Part shown: in pieces, positions 27,962 through 37,575 of the stretch
Numbering within the stretch: position 1 is the first letter of the stretch
How the letters are laid out: every line of letters begins with the position of its first letter
Assembly: GCA_964468585.1 (NCBI GenBank)
Contig: CAYXTM010000006.1
Coordinates: 5,318-69,317, forward strand
Source: an uncultured Thermoplasmatales archaeon
Lineage (GTDB): Archaea > Thermoplasmatota > Thermoplasmata > Thermoplasmatales > GCA-001856825
Direction: 5' to 3'
DNA: 64,000 bases
Notes under the pieces: generated by a model
The model's input: the letters and a program-made list of their open reading frames with translations, nothing else
Database searches by the model: none
Told to the model about the DNA's origin: nothing
Position numbers and translations under genes: made by a program

Positions 27962-28543
27962 CTTTAATTTAGCTAAATTTAAATATATAAATATTGTTAA
28001 ATAGATTCAGCGACAAATCAACTATTAAAATTTGGAACCTTAAGGTGAGGGTTAAGTTTGATAACCTTCTGTTGAATATAAAAAACAGTTGGAGCAAAAT
28101 ACCTTCAAACAATAAGAATATAGCAAAATTAATAGACAATACCAATTTACATTTTCAGACTAAATTTAAAAATATGTGAGCAAGAAAATAATAGGGTAAA
28201 ATTATATGCTCTCCATTGATTTCAAGAAAATATTCTTAAAAATGATTTTTTACCCTTGAAATTTTAACGGCATATTAAGGATCAGTGATATAATCTCCAA
28301 CAAGGATTTTTAAAAATATTATAAAAATTCTTAGCTGATTAATATAAAGATAACAATTTTTTTTATAAAAATCCCCATCTATTCAATATAATTTTATGAT
28401 AAGCTATATTTGATGCATATTTCTAAGTATTTCTACATGGATATTGCTTCACATTTTATGTTCTCTCATTGAGAATGCCATAACATGTTAAGGGTGATGT
28501 ATTGAAAGTACTGGAGATTCTATAGAAAAAATGTGCATAGTAA

Positions 28544-29017
28544 TCAAGAGACATCATAATAAAATAATAAAACATCTGTTATCAAAAGAGAAGGAAGCAT
28601 TATGAAATACAAGAGGCCATTCCAATAAGTTCCATAATAACTTAGACTTAACGTACCTTCATAATAATTGTAAAAACTGTAAAAGGCCAAAAGATCAGCA
28701 ACAAGATATGTTACAACTGGAATTATAAAATATCTTTTATCAATAATATCGAGATAAGGAATTTTCAATACTCTCTTCAAACCATAAATGCCAATTATGT
28801 TCCCGCCAAATCCGAGCAAATCATCCAAAACTCCAAGTGTATACCACTCCATACCTGATACAGTATAAATATGGAAAAGTAATGGCAAATATACTATCCT
28901 ATGAAAAGAAAAATCTTTGACCCAACCGCCCTGAACATTGAGCCAGGTACCTCCTATGGCAATTAAGAGGAATGCGGTTGCCTGTAAGTGCTTCTTATCT
29001 CTAATGCCCTTATACAC
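28544..29017 (-). CDS. integral membrane protein, unknown function
   Basis: 157 aa with about 4 hydrophobic segments. Confidence 0.45.
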   Translation of the reverse strand: MYKGIRDKKHLQATAFLLIAIGGTWLNVQGGWVKDFSFHRIVYLPLLFHIYTVSGMEWYTLGVLDDLLGFGGNIIGIYGLKRVLKIPYLDIIDKRYFIIPVVTYLVADLLAFYSFYNYYEGTLSLSYYGTYWNGLLYFIMLPSLLITDVLLFYYDVS

Positions 29018-29216
29018 TTCAGGATAATTCCATCAATAATTAATATGTTAAGAACAGACTCTATTGAATTCCTTTCATCATTATTAATTCATTACGAATA
29101 ATACAAAAAATTCTCATCTTCCAATGGATTTTGAATAAATCCAATCCAATGTTATGGGATGTTAGCGAACATTCATTTAAATTACCATTTTTCAAGATAA
29201 ATTTTTAATATTCTGG

Positions 29217-29825
29217 GTGATAATATGCCCAATGAAATATCTCGTATCTAACGATAGGAAAGTGGATATTATCGAGGCCCAAATTAATTTTGCAGAAAGT
29301 TATGGAAAACTGCTGGAAATGCTATCAAGAGATCCGGATTCATATATCTTACCCAACTACATGGGAAAACCTCCCTCCTTTAAATCCATAATGGAAAGGG
29401 CGAACTCTTGGAATACGGAGGACAGAAGAATGCATTTCGCAATATACGAAAATGAGGTAGTAGGATTTTGCGGGCAAAAGATAGGTCCATCCTATGGGCA
29501 TATCTTACAGCCAACCGTATCAGAAATGTGGTATGCTGTCTCCGGGGATTTCAGGGGTTCAGGTTTGATCTATGCCCTCATAAATGAATCACTTAAAAGT
29601 ATTCAGTCAAAATATGTTCAGGCTTTTGTCGACTCTGAAAATTCCAAGTCATTAAATTTATTGAAGAACCTAGGCTTAATTGAAATAGGGTTATTAAAAG
29701 AGAACATTGTTGATTTACCAAAAGAAAAGATAAAGGATGACTATTTCTTGAGGGGTCTAAGGGAAGAGGCTATAATACTATCTTCCAATAAAATGAATGA
29801 AAAATCAGTTGTGCCATTGCATTAA
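29217..29825 (+). CDS. GNAT-family acetyltransferase
   Basis: 'VVGFCGQ...AVSGDFRGSGLIYALI...AFVDSENSKSLNLLKNLG'. GTG start. Confidence 0.6.
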   Translation: MIICPMKYLVSNDRKVDIIEAQINFAESYGKLLEMLSRDPDSYILPNYMGKPPSFKSIMERANSWNTEDRRMHFAIYENEVVGFCGQKIGPSYGHILQPTVSEMWYAVSGDFRGSGLIYALINESLKSIQSKYVQAFVDSENSKSLNLLKNLGLIEIGLLKENIVDLPKEKIKDDYFLRGLREEAIILSSNKMNEKSVVPLH

Positions 29826-30168
29826 TTTAGACATTTTATTCAAACAAGTTAATTATATGTCAATGTCACGAAATAAGAAAGGCGTTAATGAGCTCATTTC
29901 ATATGAGCATCACTTTGGATATGAGAGGTACAAGAAAAATAAGACTGGCCTTCTGATACAATAAAGAATTTTGCGCGCATTCAATCATTTTATTTGCCAT
30001 GAATCTTTGAAAATAATACCCACAGTAATATGTCTAAAAGATAATTGAGAAGAAATGATTTCTAAAAATAAGGAGATAACTAAAATGCTAAATTTGCATT
30101 TGAATTGCAGCCTTTCCAGATAAACGGTAATAAGATAAAATTTATTATCGTTATTACGACTCACTCTT

Positions 30169-30510
30169 ATGACCTATCAAAAAATTGGAATATCTATAAA
30201 GATTTTTGAAAGCACAAACCACTATATTACATGGATCTCATCTAGACCTATATTGGTTACAAAATACGACGGTAATTATTACGCAATGGATGCAATATGT
30301 GGCCATATGGGATGTGCCCTTCTGGAAAGAGTTTCTGGAAAAATTGCAGAATGCCCGGCCCATGGTGCAAAGTATGACGTAACAACCGGGGAAAAGGTCG
30401 GAGAACCTAGGGTCAAGCCTGAATCAGGTTGTGAATATGAAAAAATAGGTACGCCGCTGAAAACCTATAAAATAAGGGAAACTAATGGGTTCCTGGAAGT
30501 TGATATATAA
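30169..30510 (+). CDS. small Rieske [2Fe-2S] domain protein
   Basis: 'CGHMGC' (C-x-H) and 'CPAHGAKYD' (C-x2-H) ligand boxes; 113 aa. Confidence 0.8.
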   Translation: MTYQKIGISIKIFESTNHYITWISSRPILVTKYDGNYYAMDAICGHMGCALLERVSGKIAECPAHGAKYDVTTGEKVGEPRVKPESGCEYEKIGTPLKTYKIRETNGFLEVDI

Positions 30511-30943
30511 AATTTTGTAGAGCTATGTATCTCTAGACGGGAATTAAAGTAGGGGACTAAAGGAAATATAGAATCAGCGTGATAAGGACACCTGAGTTAC
30601 TAGATAATCTCGGCTGGTCCAAAGTGAGGTTTCTTTGATGAAACTGCTGTGGAAGATTTAGGGCATCTGCGAAGCCCGTCCACTATTTTTAGTATCCCAC
30701 TATAAGAGAGATTCAAATCTCACTTCACGTAAACATTACTCGCCTAGGCAAGGTACAGATGGAAGAGATTTTCTATGCATTTTTGGAGGAGATTAATCCT
30801 GCGAGGGATTTATTTGGAACCTCGATACCGTAGCAATGATCACCAAAAGATTTCAGGTTATATTATAACACTGTCACAATAGATAAATATTTATGTCAAT
30901 AGAATCAGAAATCTATATCCTCGAGATAAAGTGAGATTAGGAA

Positions 30944-31423
30944 ATGAAAAATAAATACATCATTTGCTATTCCGAAGGGAAGATTGATATTATGGGTAAT
31001 AAGAATAATTCAAAGAAAATTGAAGGGTTCACAGAGGAAGAGAAAAAAGCAATGAGGGAGCGGATAAAGGAAATTAAAGCTGATGAATTAGAAGGGGAGG
31101 CAGAGGTTCTTGCAAAGATTTCAGAGATGAATGGGAAAGATAGGGATATAGCAGAACGGTTTCATAAAATAATAATGAAAAATTTCCCGGAGCTTTCTCC
31201 AAGGACATGGTATGGGATGCCGGCTTATTCCAATAGCAAAGGAAAAGTAATATGCTACTTGCAGAACTCACAGAAATTCAAGAGCAGATATTCCACCATT
31301 GGATTTAGTGACGGAGCAAATCTTGATGAAGGCAAAATGTGGCCCGTTGCATATGCCATTAAGGATTTAGGGGATGACGAGGAAAAGATGATCATTTATC
31401 TCCTGAAGAGGGCTCTTTCCTGA
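30944..31423 (+). CDS. DUF1801 (YdhG-like) domain protein, paralog 2
   Basis: 'FTEEEKKAMRERIKEIK...TWYGMPAYSNSKGKVICYL...KSRYSTIGFSDGANLD' is collinear with 24830-25291. Confidence 0.7.
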   Translation: MKNKYIICYSEGKIDIMGNKNNSKKIEGFTEEEKKAMRERIKEIKADELEGEAEVLAKISEMNGKDRDIAERFHKIIMKNFPELSPRTWYGMPAYSNSKGKVICYLQNSQKFKSRYSTIGFSDGANLDEGKMWPVAYAIKDLGDDEEKMIIYLLKRALS

Positions 31424-32012
31424 TGTGATATAAATTTGTGCCACAATTTCAGGTAGCTATTCCTTTAGATCTGGAATATTTTTCTTGCTTCAATGACCAA
31501 TTCAAATAACCAGCTTTTATTATTACCATGGAAATCTCCCATCTGATAGCTTATATGCTTAGGCACGAGGAGATCAAGGTTATCGGATCCATGACTGAAA
31601 TCTATAATCATGGAATTCCTTAAAGAGGTGGGACATCTAAACCCGTTCCTACCATAATTCCGTATATTGAAAATTGGTTTGGAGAAGATAAATGTAGGAT
31701 CAATGGTGAGACTGGGGAGAATAGTGGTGTTCTTTCGCTTGCAACTGTTTCCCTGTAAGGTGAAATATCATATTACACTTGTATTTCTTCCTCTTTATTG
31801 CATTCAATCTATCATAATCATTTATATGCCTCTTAACTTATCATAATCCATTCCTTATAACGAGTGAAGCCGATAAGTATAAAAATAAATATATTTAACT
31901 AAAATATTTATTGCACTAATGCTGCTGGAAAAGTCGCGATATCAACAATTTCTATCAATTCCTTCTAAAATTAAATAACGGTCTATGATCGCCATAGAGC
32001 GTTTATGTTTAT

Positions 32013-32246
32013 TTAGAGCGAAGGACTACTAGATTTATTGGTTGAATTCTTACGATTTAACTTAAAAAGATAATATAGCGCAAATCCGAGGAAAATAAGA
32101 TTCAAATTGCTATAAACGAAATAAGTTATGCTTCCATGTGATAAAGATATACTTCCTGCATAATAGTAAAAAACAACAGCATAGACAAGATACGCCACCA
32201 ATCCTACTACTCCTAAAATTGTGTACTTTATTTTGTAAGATAACAT
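32013..32246 (-). CDS. possible small two-TM membrane protein
   Basis: 77 aa with two clear hydrophobic helices and a basic, S-rich tail. It sits alone in an ORF-poor tract. Confidence 0.3.
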   Translation of the reverse strand: MLSYKIKYTILGVVGLVAYLVYAVVFYYYAGSISLSHGSITYFVYSNLNLIFLGFALYYLFKLNRKNSTNKSSSPSL

Positions 32247-33588
32247 ATAATCGCCTTCTCAGAAATACCAAGTAATACTTTTAAACCCCCAAATATCGAG
32301 TGCAAAAGAACCGATCCGGGATGCTGCGAAATACCCTCATGGACTTCCATAACGTTAATAAAAATCTCAATCATTATAAAAAATTATCGAAATAATCAGT
32401 CATCCGATTATACCAGTGACTACGCCGGGATGGTTGGCCATTAGGCCGGTCTTAGTAGGTTATGCTATGTATACAACTGCCTTGGCGTGCACATAGGTAT
32501 ATTAAGAATAATATATTATCTAGTATAAATTTATAATAATAGATTAATTATTGGATAAAGAGTATTATATCGATAAATTAGATAGGACAGTTAGGTTTGG
32601 GCCAATGTGTTCGATTCATTATTGCACTGGTATAATTCATATTCATCCATATATATAAAGGTATATTAGAACAAGCGAGAATAAGAATCTTATTGACCTT
32701 TTATTAAAAGAATAAGATACAAATCCAGATATTAAGGAATTTATGGATCAAAATGTCACACTTTTCCAACCAATTTATGGTTACGTTATTATCTTTTCGT
32801 ATAATAGACCAGATCTCTTATGGTTAACGGGACCTTATTCAATCAGGTATTGCAAGAATACAGGCCAGATCCAAATAATCTTGTCAAAAAGAGACAGGAA
32901 ATATTAAAGTAGCTGGGGAATAAGCTTGGCGCGCGGTGATTCCCTATGTTGCGAATATATTACACCCAATTTCCTCAATAATGCAAACCGACATAGATCC
33001 AATAATGGACCTAGTCAAGGTGGCCTCCGAGAGTTATAAAGAGCTTTACCTTATTCTTGAGAGTTTAGATGGTGATTGAAATGTTGGTGAAAAAATGCTG
33101 CATGTATTTAGAGAGGAGTTCACAAAGTATTTTAATGTAATTATACCAAATTTTACCAAAAGTGCAGCCACAATGGTACCAATATGCACAGATAAAATAA
33201 TAATGGGAACGAACTCCGAGTTGTGACCAATTGACCCGCAAATTGGAGTTACCCTCCCGACAGATCAGGTGAAAATGTCCCGGCGAAATCGATAATTGGG
33301 GCACTAAATAAGATTAAAGAAGACATAGAGAAAAATGAAAAACTTGCGACCGTGTATTACTTGTGTTAAACAGATCAGGTCGGAAACCATGAAATTTTGT
33401 GAGGAAGCTATAGCCTTTTCCACTTCATTTGCTAGACGATGGCTGCATGGGACTTAATATGGAACTTTTGGATCTAAAGGACGAAAAGTGGAAGTTACTG
33501 TGGAATTATTACTTGGGGGTAAAAGCCAGTTTTCAAATGAATCCAAACGATGCTAAGCTTTTCCAAACAGTTGGAACTTCCGTAATTA

Positions 33589-35175
33589 CTAACGCTGCTT
33601 ATTGTTCTGTGCGTAGAAGCCCTGAACAATGAATCCTGATGCACCTGGAAAATGAACCCCGGTTCTGCATCTGCCTGTGTTTTCATCTACTGTTTCGCAA
33701 CCAAGACCATGGTCCATTTCCATTCTGTAAAGAAATTCAATGTCTTCGTATCCACTCAGAACCTTGGATACATACCAGTGAACCCAGGGATGATTAACGT
33801 GCCTGTTTCCCTCTCCGCTGAACTTACCATCTATAAGGAATTTATTTTCCCTTGAATTAATCCATTTTATGGTATTCTTAAAAGTCGAATCGTCCTTATC
33901 TACGAACCCTAAGAAAGGGAACAGATAGAATGAACCAGTTGGATCATCGTACATCTCGTAGTTACCATTCAAGTCAGTGGAATAACAAAATCTACCATCA
34001 TATATCATATACTTCATAACATCCTTCCTTATTCTATCTGATAACTCTGCAATTTCTTTCTTCAAAACACCTAATTCAGCTTTCGAGAGCTCCTTGAGAG
34101 AATACCAGAGGAGCACGTTGTCATATGTCACATAAGGATAAAGTACCGGATCATCTGAGCTGTTTAGCTCCGTACTATAGATATCATGAGTTTCGTTCTT
34201 ATATTTGGCAAGGATGGCAAGTGTATCTTCTACCAGTAATTTTCCTTCTTCCTTTACTATCAGATCAAGTTCGATGGCTTGCTTAATAATTAAGAAATGG
34301 AGTGCAAGCTGGTCTAGCTCAAATCCGTCATATAAAACCCTTCCGTCCAGATATAGCGCATGAATCCCCCTGTTATTCCAATATTTGTTTAAAAGTGCTC
34401 TGATCAATTCAGAAGCACGTTGAGGGTCAAATCTCTTTATTACCGGAAAAACCCAAAAAATGAAGTCCCTTGACCAGTACCCGCCAGATACATAGTACAT
34501 GGGACTCTTGGATGCTAAAATACAATCCTGCTCCTGATCAACACAAATTGAATTCGAGAGGAAAATTGAGAGTAAGGCGTTATCACGCACTCTTTTGTTC
34601 ATAGAAGAAAAGCGACTTAGGAATTCTTTTGTTTCCTTGACTAGGCTATGAAGCCCAACCCTCTTAAGGTGAACTGCACTCAAGACTGCACGTTCTGGAG
34701 AATCCCCTATCGCAACTATAATCCAATCCCCCATTTCAAGGAACGCAAGAGAAGGGAAGCTTTTTCCTAATTTTGAATAGTAAACAGGGATAGAGGACCA
34801 TGGGGTTTTCATCGACAGAACTTCATGCTCAATATTCCAGAATATCCTTGAGTAGGCAGATATCTCAAGAGCTCCAAGACGGTTCGACTTGATCAGAAAA
34901 GCGTTCCTTCTTGGCGGTATAACCAGCTCTATATCTCCATTTATTATGTTGTTTATCCACCCAAGTGAACTTAACATCCTAACATTAACCATCCCTTTTA
35001 TTCTGAAGCAGAAAAGCCTTGATTCTGCACATAGCGTGAAGCATACCTGAAGAGAATCATCTTCAGCGAGAACTGTCATATAATAATTCCCTCCCACGCT
35101 AGCGTTATTTCCTGCATCTTCAACTGGGGATGTAACAGCCATTCTACCTTGTTTATCGTCAGATCTTTTATCCAA
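33589..35175 (-). CDS. putative glycoside hydrolase-like protein (N-terminal beta domain plus an (alpha/alpha)6-barrel-like domain), family unassigned
   Basis: 'YYVSGGYWSRDFIF', 'DGFELDQLALHFL' and 'HPWVHWY' recall W-x-RD and E-x-D motifs of GH15/GH63/GH125-type barrels. The glycoside context supports the call. By eye only. Confidence 0.4.
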   Translation of the reverse strand: MDKRSDDKQGRMAVTSPVEDAGNNASVGGNYYMTVLAEDDSLQVCFTLCAESRLFCFRIKGMVNVRMLSSLGWINNIINGDIELVIPPRRNAFLIKSNRLGALEISAYSRIFWNIEHEVLSMKTPWSSIPVYYSKLGKSFPSLAFLEMGDWIIVAIGDSPERAVLSAVHLKRVGLHSLVKETKEFLSRFSSMNKRVRDNALLSIFLSNSICVDQEQDCILASKSPMYYVSGGYWSRDFIFWVFPVIKRFDPQRASELIRALLNKYWNNRGIHALYLDGRVLYDGFELDQLALHFLIIKQAIELDLIVKEEGKLLVEDTLAILAKYKNETHDIYSTELNSSDDPVLYPYVTYDNVLLWYSLKELSKAELGVLKKEIAELSDRIRKDVMKYMIYDGRFCYSTDLNGNYEMYDDPTGSFYLFPFLGFVDKDDSTFKNTIKWINSRENKFLIDGKFSGEGNRHVNHPWVHWYVSKVLSGYEDIEFLYRMEMDHGLGCETVDENTGRCRTGVHFPGASGFIVQGFYAQNNKQR

Positions 35176-35438
35176 GTTCGAACACCGGCCTCTATGGCGA
35201 TTGATATTTTACAATATCTGTATCTTATTTATATTTATCCGGCCCCGCAGAGATATAAATCTCAAGGGCAGGGGACGGAAAGAAAGCGATGAATGAAAAA
35301 CGTGCTTTATTTGTGGGATAATTGTTGATTATTTCCGATAAACATGATAAATTTTCAGCGAGAATAAATTTCCTTAACTAGGTGCATTTTTTTACGCAAA
35401 TATTTTTATAATAGCGAAAAATAAGAAAATAGTCTTAC

Positions 35439-36764
35439 ATGGCTTATAGCATAGGAAAACTCAGGAGGGTGTTATATTCTGTTGGCAACTTAGGCTATAC
35501 ACTCCCAGGTTTTTTCACTCAGACATATATATTCATAACGTACGCCCCTACGTCAGGGAAGGTAATAGTTCCGAGTTTTCTTGTTGGAGTGGCCTTCTTC
35601 CTAGGTACTCTTGTGCAGGCTATTGCAAATCCTTTCATAGGAAACATGAGCGACAAGTCGCGTTCAAAGATAGGGAGAAGGAAATTTTTCATAATAAGCG
35701 GGCTGATACCATTTGTTGTCTTCTTTATGCTCATCTGGTTTCCGTTTTTAACTGGGATCTCAGGAGCAGTTCTCCTCTCCCTTGTCTTCATAGGGTACAA
35801 CTTCTTCTTCGCTTACGTTGTAGCTCCTTATCTCGCACTGATACCGGAGATCGCTGAAACACCTAACGAGAGAGTGAGACTGACGACAATCATGGCTTAT
35901 TTTTCAATCATAGGAATAATCCTTGCATCTCTCATCCCTTCCATATTCCTAGCCCTCCATTTCACAATACAGACAATAGGCATCACCATGGGGATAATCA
36001 TACTCTTTTCATTCCTTCTCGTTTATTTCTCAACGGAAGAAAAGAAGGGACTTAAGGTCATACCTTCCGGATATTCCATAAAGGAAGCCTTCGTCCAGAC
36101 TTTCAAGAATTCCATGTTCAATAGGTTCATTGTTGCCTACTTAGCTTTTCAGTTTGGCTTCTACTTCCTTCTCTCTTCGATAGGATATATAGTGGAAGAC
36201 CTTGTATTCCCTGGAAACCCGAATTTTGAAAGCTACGTTGGGCTATTTACGCTAGTTGCAGTTCTATTCGCCATGGCCTTCAGTCCTATTTTGGTAAAAT
36301 ACACAGATAAGTTTGGCGAGAAGAATGCTTTTATAGTGTTCACTACCATTCTTGGAGTATCTTTCCTTTCACTTTTTGTCTTGGCTTTCATTCCACTATC
36401 AGACAGACTTTACACATTGATTGCCATAATGATTGTTGCTGGTTTAGGACTTACGTCTTACTTTATCCTCCCCAACGCCATACTTGGAGAGGTCATAGAC
36501 CAGGACGAGAAGATGACAGGATTCAGAAGGGAGGCTATGTATTTTGGTATCCAGGGGCTGCTGGAAAGGATCCCCTCATCTCTAGCGGGCCTTGCTTTGG
36601 GGTACTGGATTTCTTACGTTTACCTCCCGACAAGGAATCCAGAGTACATAGGCTTCTTAGGCCTTATAAGTGGAGTTACACTAATAATAACTGTCCTCCT
36701 GTTCTTTAGGGTTCCCCTGCCTAGGGAAGGTGTCAAGAAAGCGGAAGAAGTAGCGAGGCAGTGA
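35439..36764 (+). CDS. glycoside-pentoside-hexuronide (GPH) family cation symporter
   Basis: 12 TM segments and 'GNMSDKSRSKIGRRKFFII', which matches the GPH loop motif (D-x-x-x-x-x-x-G-R-R-x-P-f-type). Confidence 0.75.
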   Translation: MAYSIGKLRRVLYSVGNLGYTLPGFFTQTYIFITYAPTSGKVIVPSFLVGVAFFLGTLVQAIANPFIGNMSDKSRSKIGRRKFFIISGLIPFVVFFMLIWFPFLTGISGAVLLSLVFIGYNFFFAYVVAPYLALIPEIAETPNERVRLTTIMAYFSIIGIILASLIPSIFLALHFTIQTIGITMGIIILFSFLLVYFSTEEKKGLKVIPSGYSIKEAFVQTFKNSMFNRFIVAYLAFQFGFYFLLSSIGYIVEDLVFPGNPNFESYVGLFTLVAVLFAMAFSPILVKYTDKFGEKNAFIVFTTILGVSFLSLFVLAFIPLSDRLYTLIAIMIVAGLGLTSYFILPNAILGEVIDQDEKMTGFRREAMYFGIQGLLERIPSSLAGLALGYWISYVYLPTRNPEYIGFLGLISGVTLIITVLLFFRVPLPREGVKKAEEVARQ

Positions 36765-36810
36765 AATTAAATCTCATCTTTAGATTTAGCTAATCCCGGA
36801 ATTTTGATTG

Positions 36811-37575
36811 CTACAGAGATACAAGTGTGTTAAGGTGCATCTCATATCCATAAAGATGCCTGAAAGGCTCGCCGTAAGCAGCCCCAATGAACTTACCAAA
36901 TGCCCCTCCTAGATCTTCAAGAGGTTTCAGAACATATTCGGAGGAATCAATCTGTGACTTGTGACATGCTATTGCCTTCATCTTGTCATTATAATACGCG
37001 CTTACATCCACAATCACGTTGGGAAAAGCCGTGCCCCCTAGCAATATGTCCGGCCGTTTCCCCCCTTCGTACCCTTTCTCTATTCCCTCGTGCTCAAAGA
37101 GGAGAACGCTTTCCATGACGGCCTTGCCAGTATACACGTGATCAAGGTGAGCCTCGTAAGGAAGGAACGGATCAACCGTAATTATAAGGTCTGGACGAAA
37201 CTTCCTGATGGCAGGTAAGATAATCTTTCTTAGAGTCCTTGGTTCAGGCACCTCACTGTCCACATAGTTGAGGAAATGAACTTCCTTCACCCCGAGAACA
37301 TTTGCTGAACATAACTGCTCTTCCATCCTCGTTCTGGCAAGTGAATCTTCATCCTCCTTCTTTAAAGAGCCCTTCCTTCCATCACTAACCACTATGAGGT
37401 AAACTTCTTTTCCCTTTTTAGTGAAAGAGCGGATTAGACCGCCAGCAACTATTTCCATGTCATCTGGATGGGGGGACACAGCCACGACCCTATTGTATCT
37501 GTCAATCATCGAGCTTCTATTTTTATCCAATTTTATTCTTTCATAGAACTCCTTAAAATTATTTTCATTAAACAT
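36811..37575 (-). CDS. PIG-L/LmbE-family N-acetylglycoside deacetylase
   Basis: 'VAVSPHPDDMEIVAGG' and 'HLDHV' zinc-site motifs. The start overlaps the GH1 stop (ATGTTTAA, 8 nt). Confidence 0.8.
   Translation of the reverse strand: MFNENNFKEFYERIKLDKNRSSMIDRYNRVVAVSPHPDDMEIVAGGLIRSFTKKGKEVYLIVVSDGRKGSLKKEDEDSLARTRMEEQLCSANVLGVKEVHFLNYVDSEVPEPRTLRKIILPAIRKFRPDLIITVDPFLPYEAHLDHVYTGKAVMESVLLFEHEGIEKGYEGGKRPDILLGGTAFPNVIVDVSAYYNDKMKAIACHKSQIDSSEYVLKPLEDLGGAFGKFIGAAYGEPFRHLYGYEMHLNTLVSL

Noticed and set aside
30695-30730. tRNA-like T-loop string 'GAGAGATTCAAATCTCACTTCACG', resembling the T-arm and 3' end of tRNA-Ser
   Set aside because: The flanks do not pair into a T-stem (AGAGA versus CTCAC), and no acceptor stem or anticodon arm can be built. 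Similarity to the tRNA-Ser 3' half falls apart after TTCAAATCTC. It also lies on the wrong side of tRNA-Ser to be an att remnant of an insertion into that gene.
30800-30830. 'CGAGGGATTTATTTGGAACCTCG', vaguely similar to the plus-strand image of the tRNA-Ala T-arm (GGGATTTGAACCCGAG); considered as a left-end att repeat of the proposed island
   Set aside because: It needs a 4 to 5-nt indel and matches only the generic T-loop core. That is not specific enough to call a direct repeat.
30511-30943. SRP RNA, RNase P RNA or C/D-box sRNA in the ORF-free interval
   Set aside because: I found no SRP helix-8 motif (..GGAAGGGAGCA..) and no RNase P CR-I/CR-V strings. The TGATGA at about 30637 has no properly spaced CTGA D or D' boxes. 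The interval is kept only as an unexplained region.
33065-33686. Short ORFs 33065-33304(-), 33429-33632(+) and 33495-33686(-)
   Set aside because: They overlap one another and the 3' end of the GH-like gene, they are Cys/Trp/His-rich in an atypical way, and they sit within the decayed tract. They are not supported as genes.
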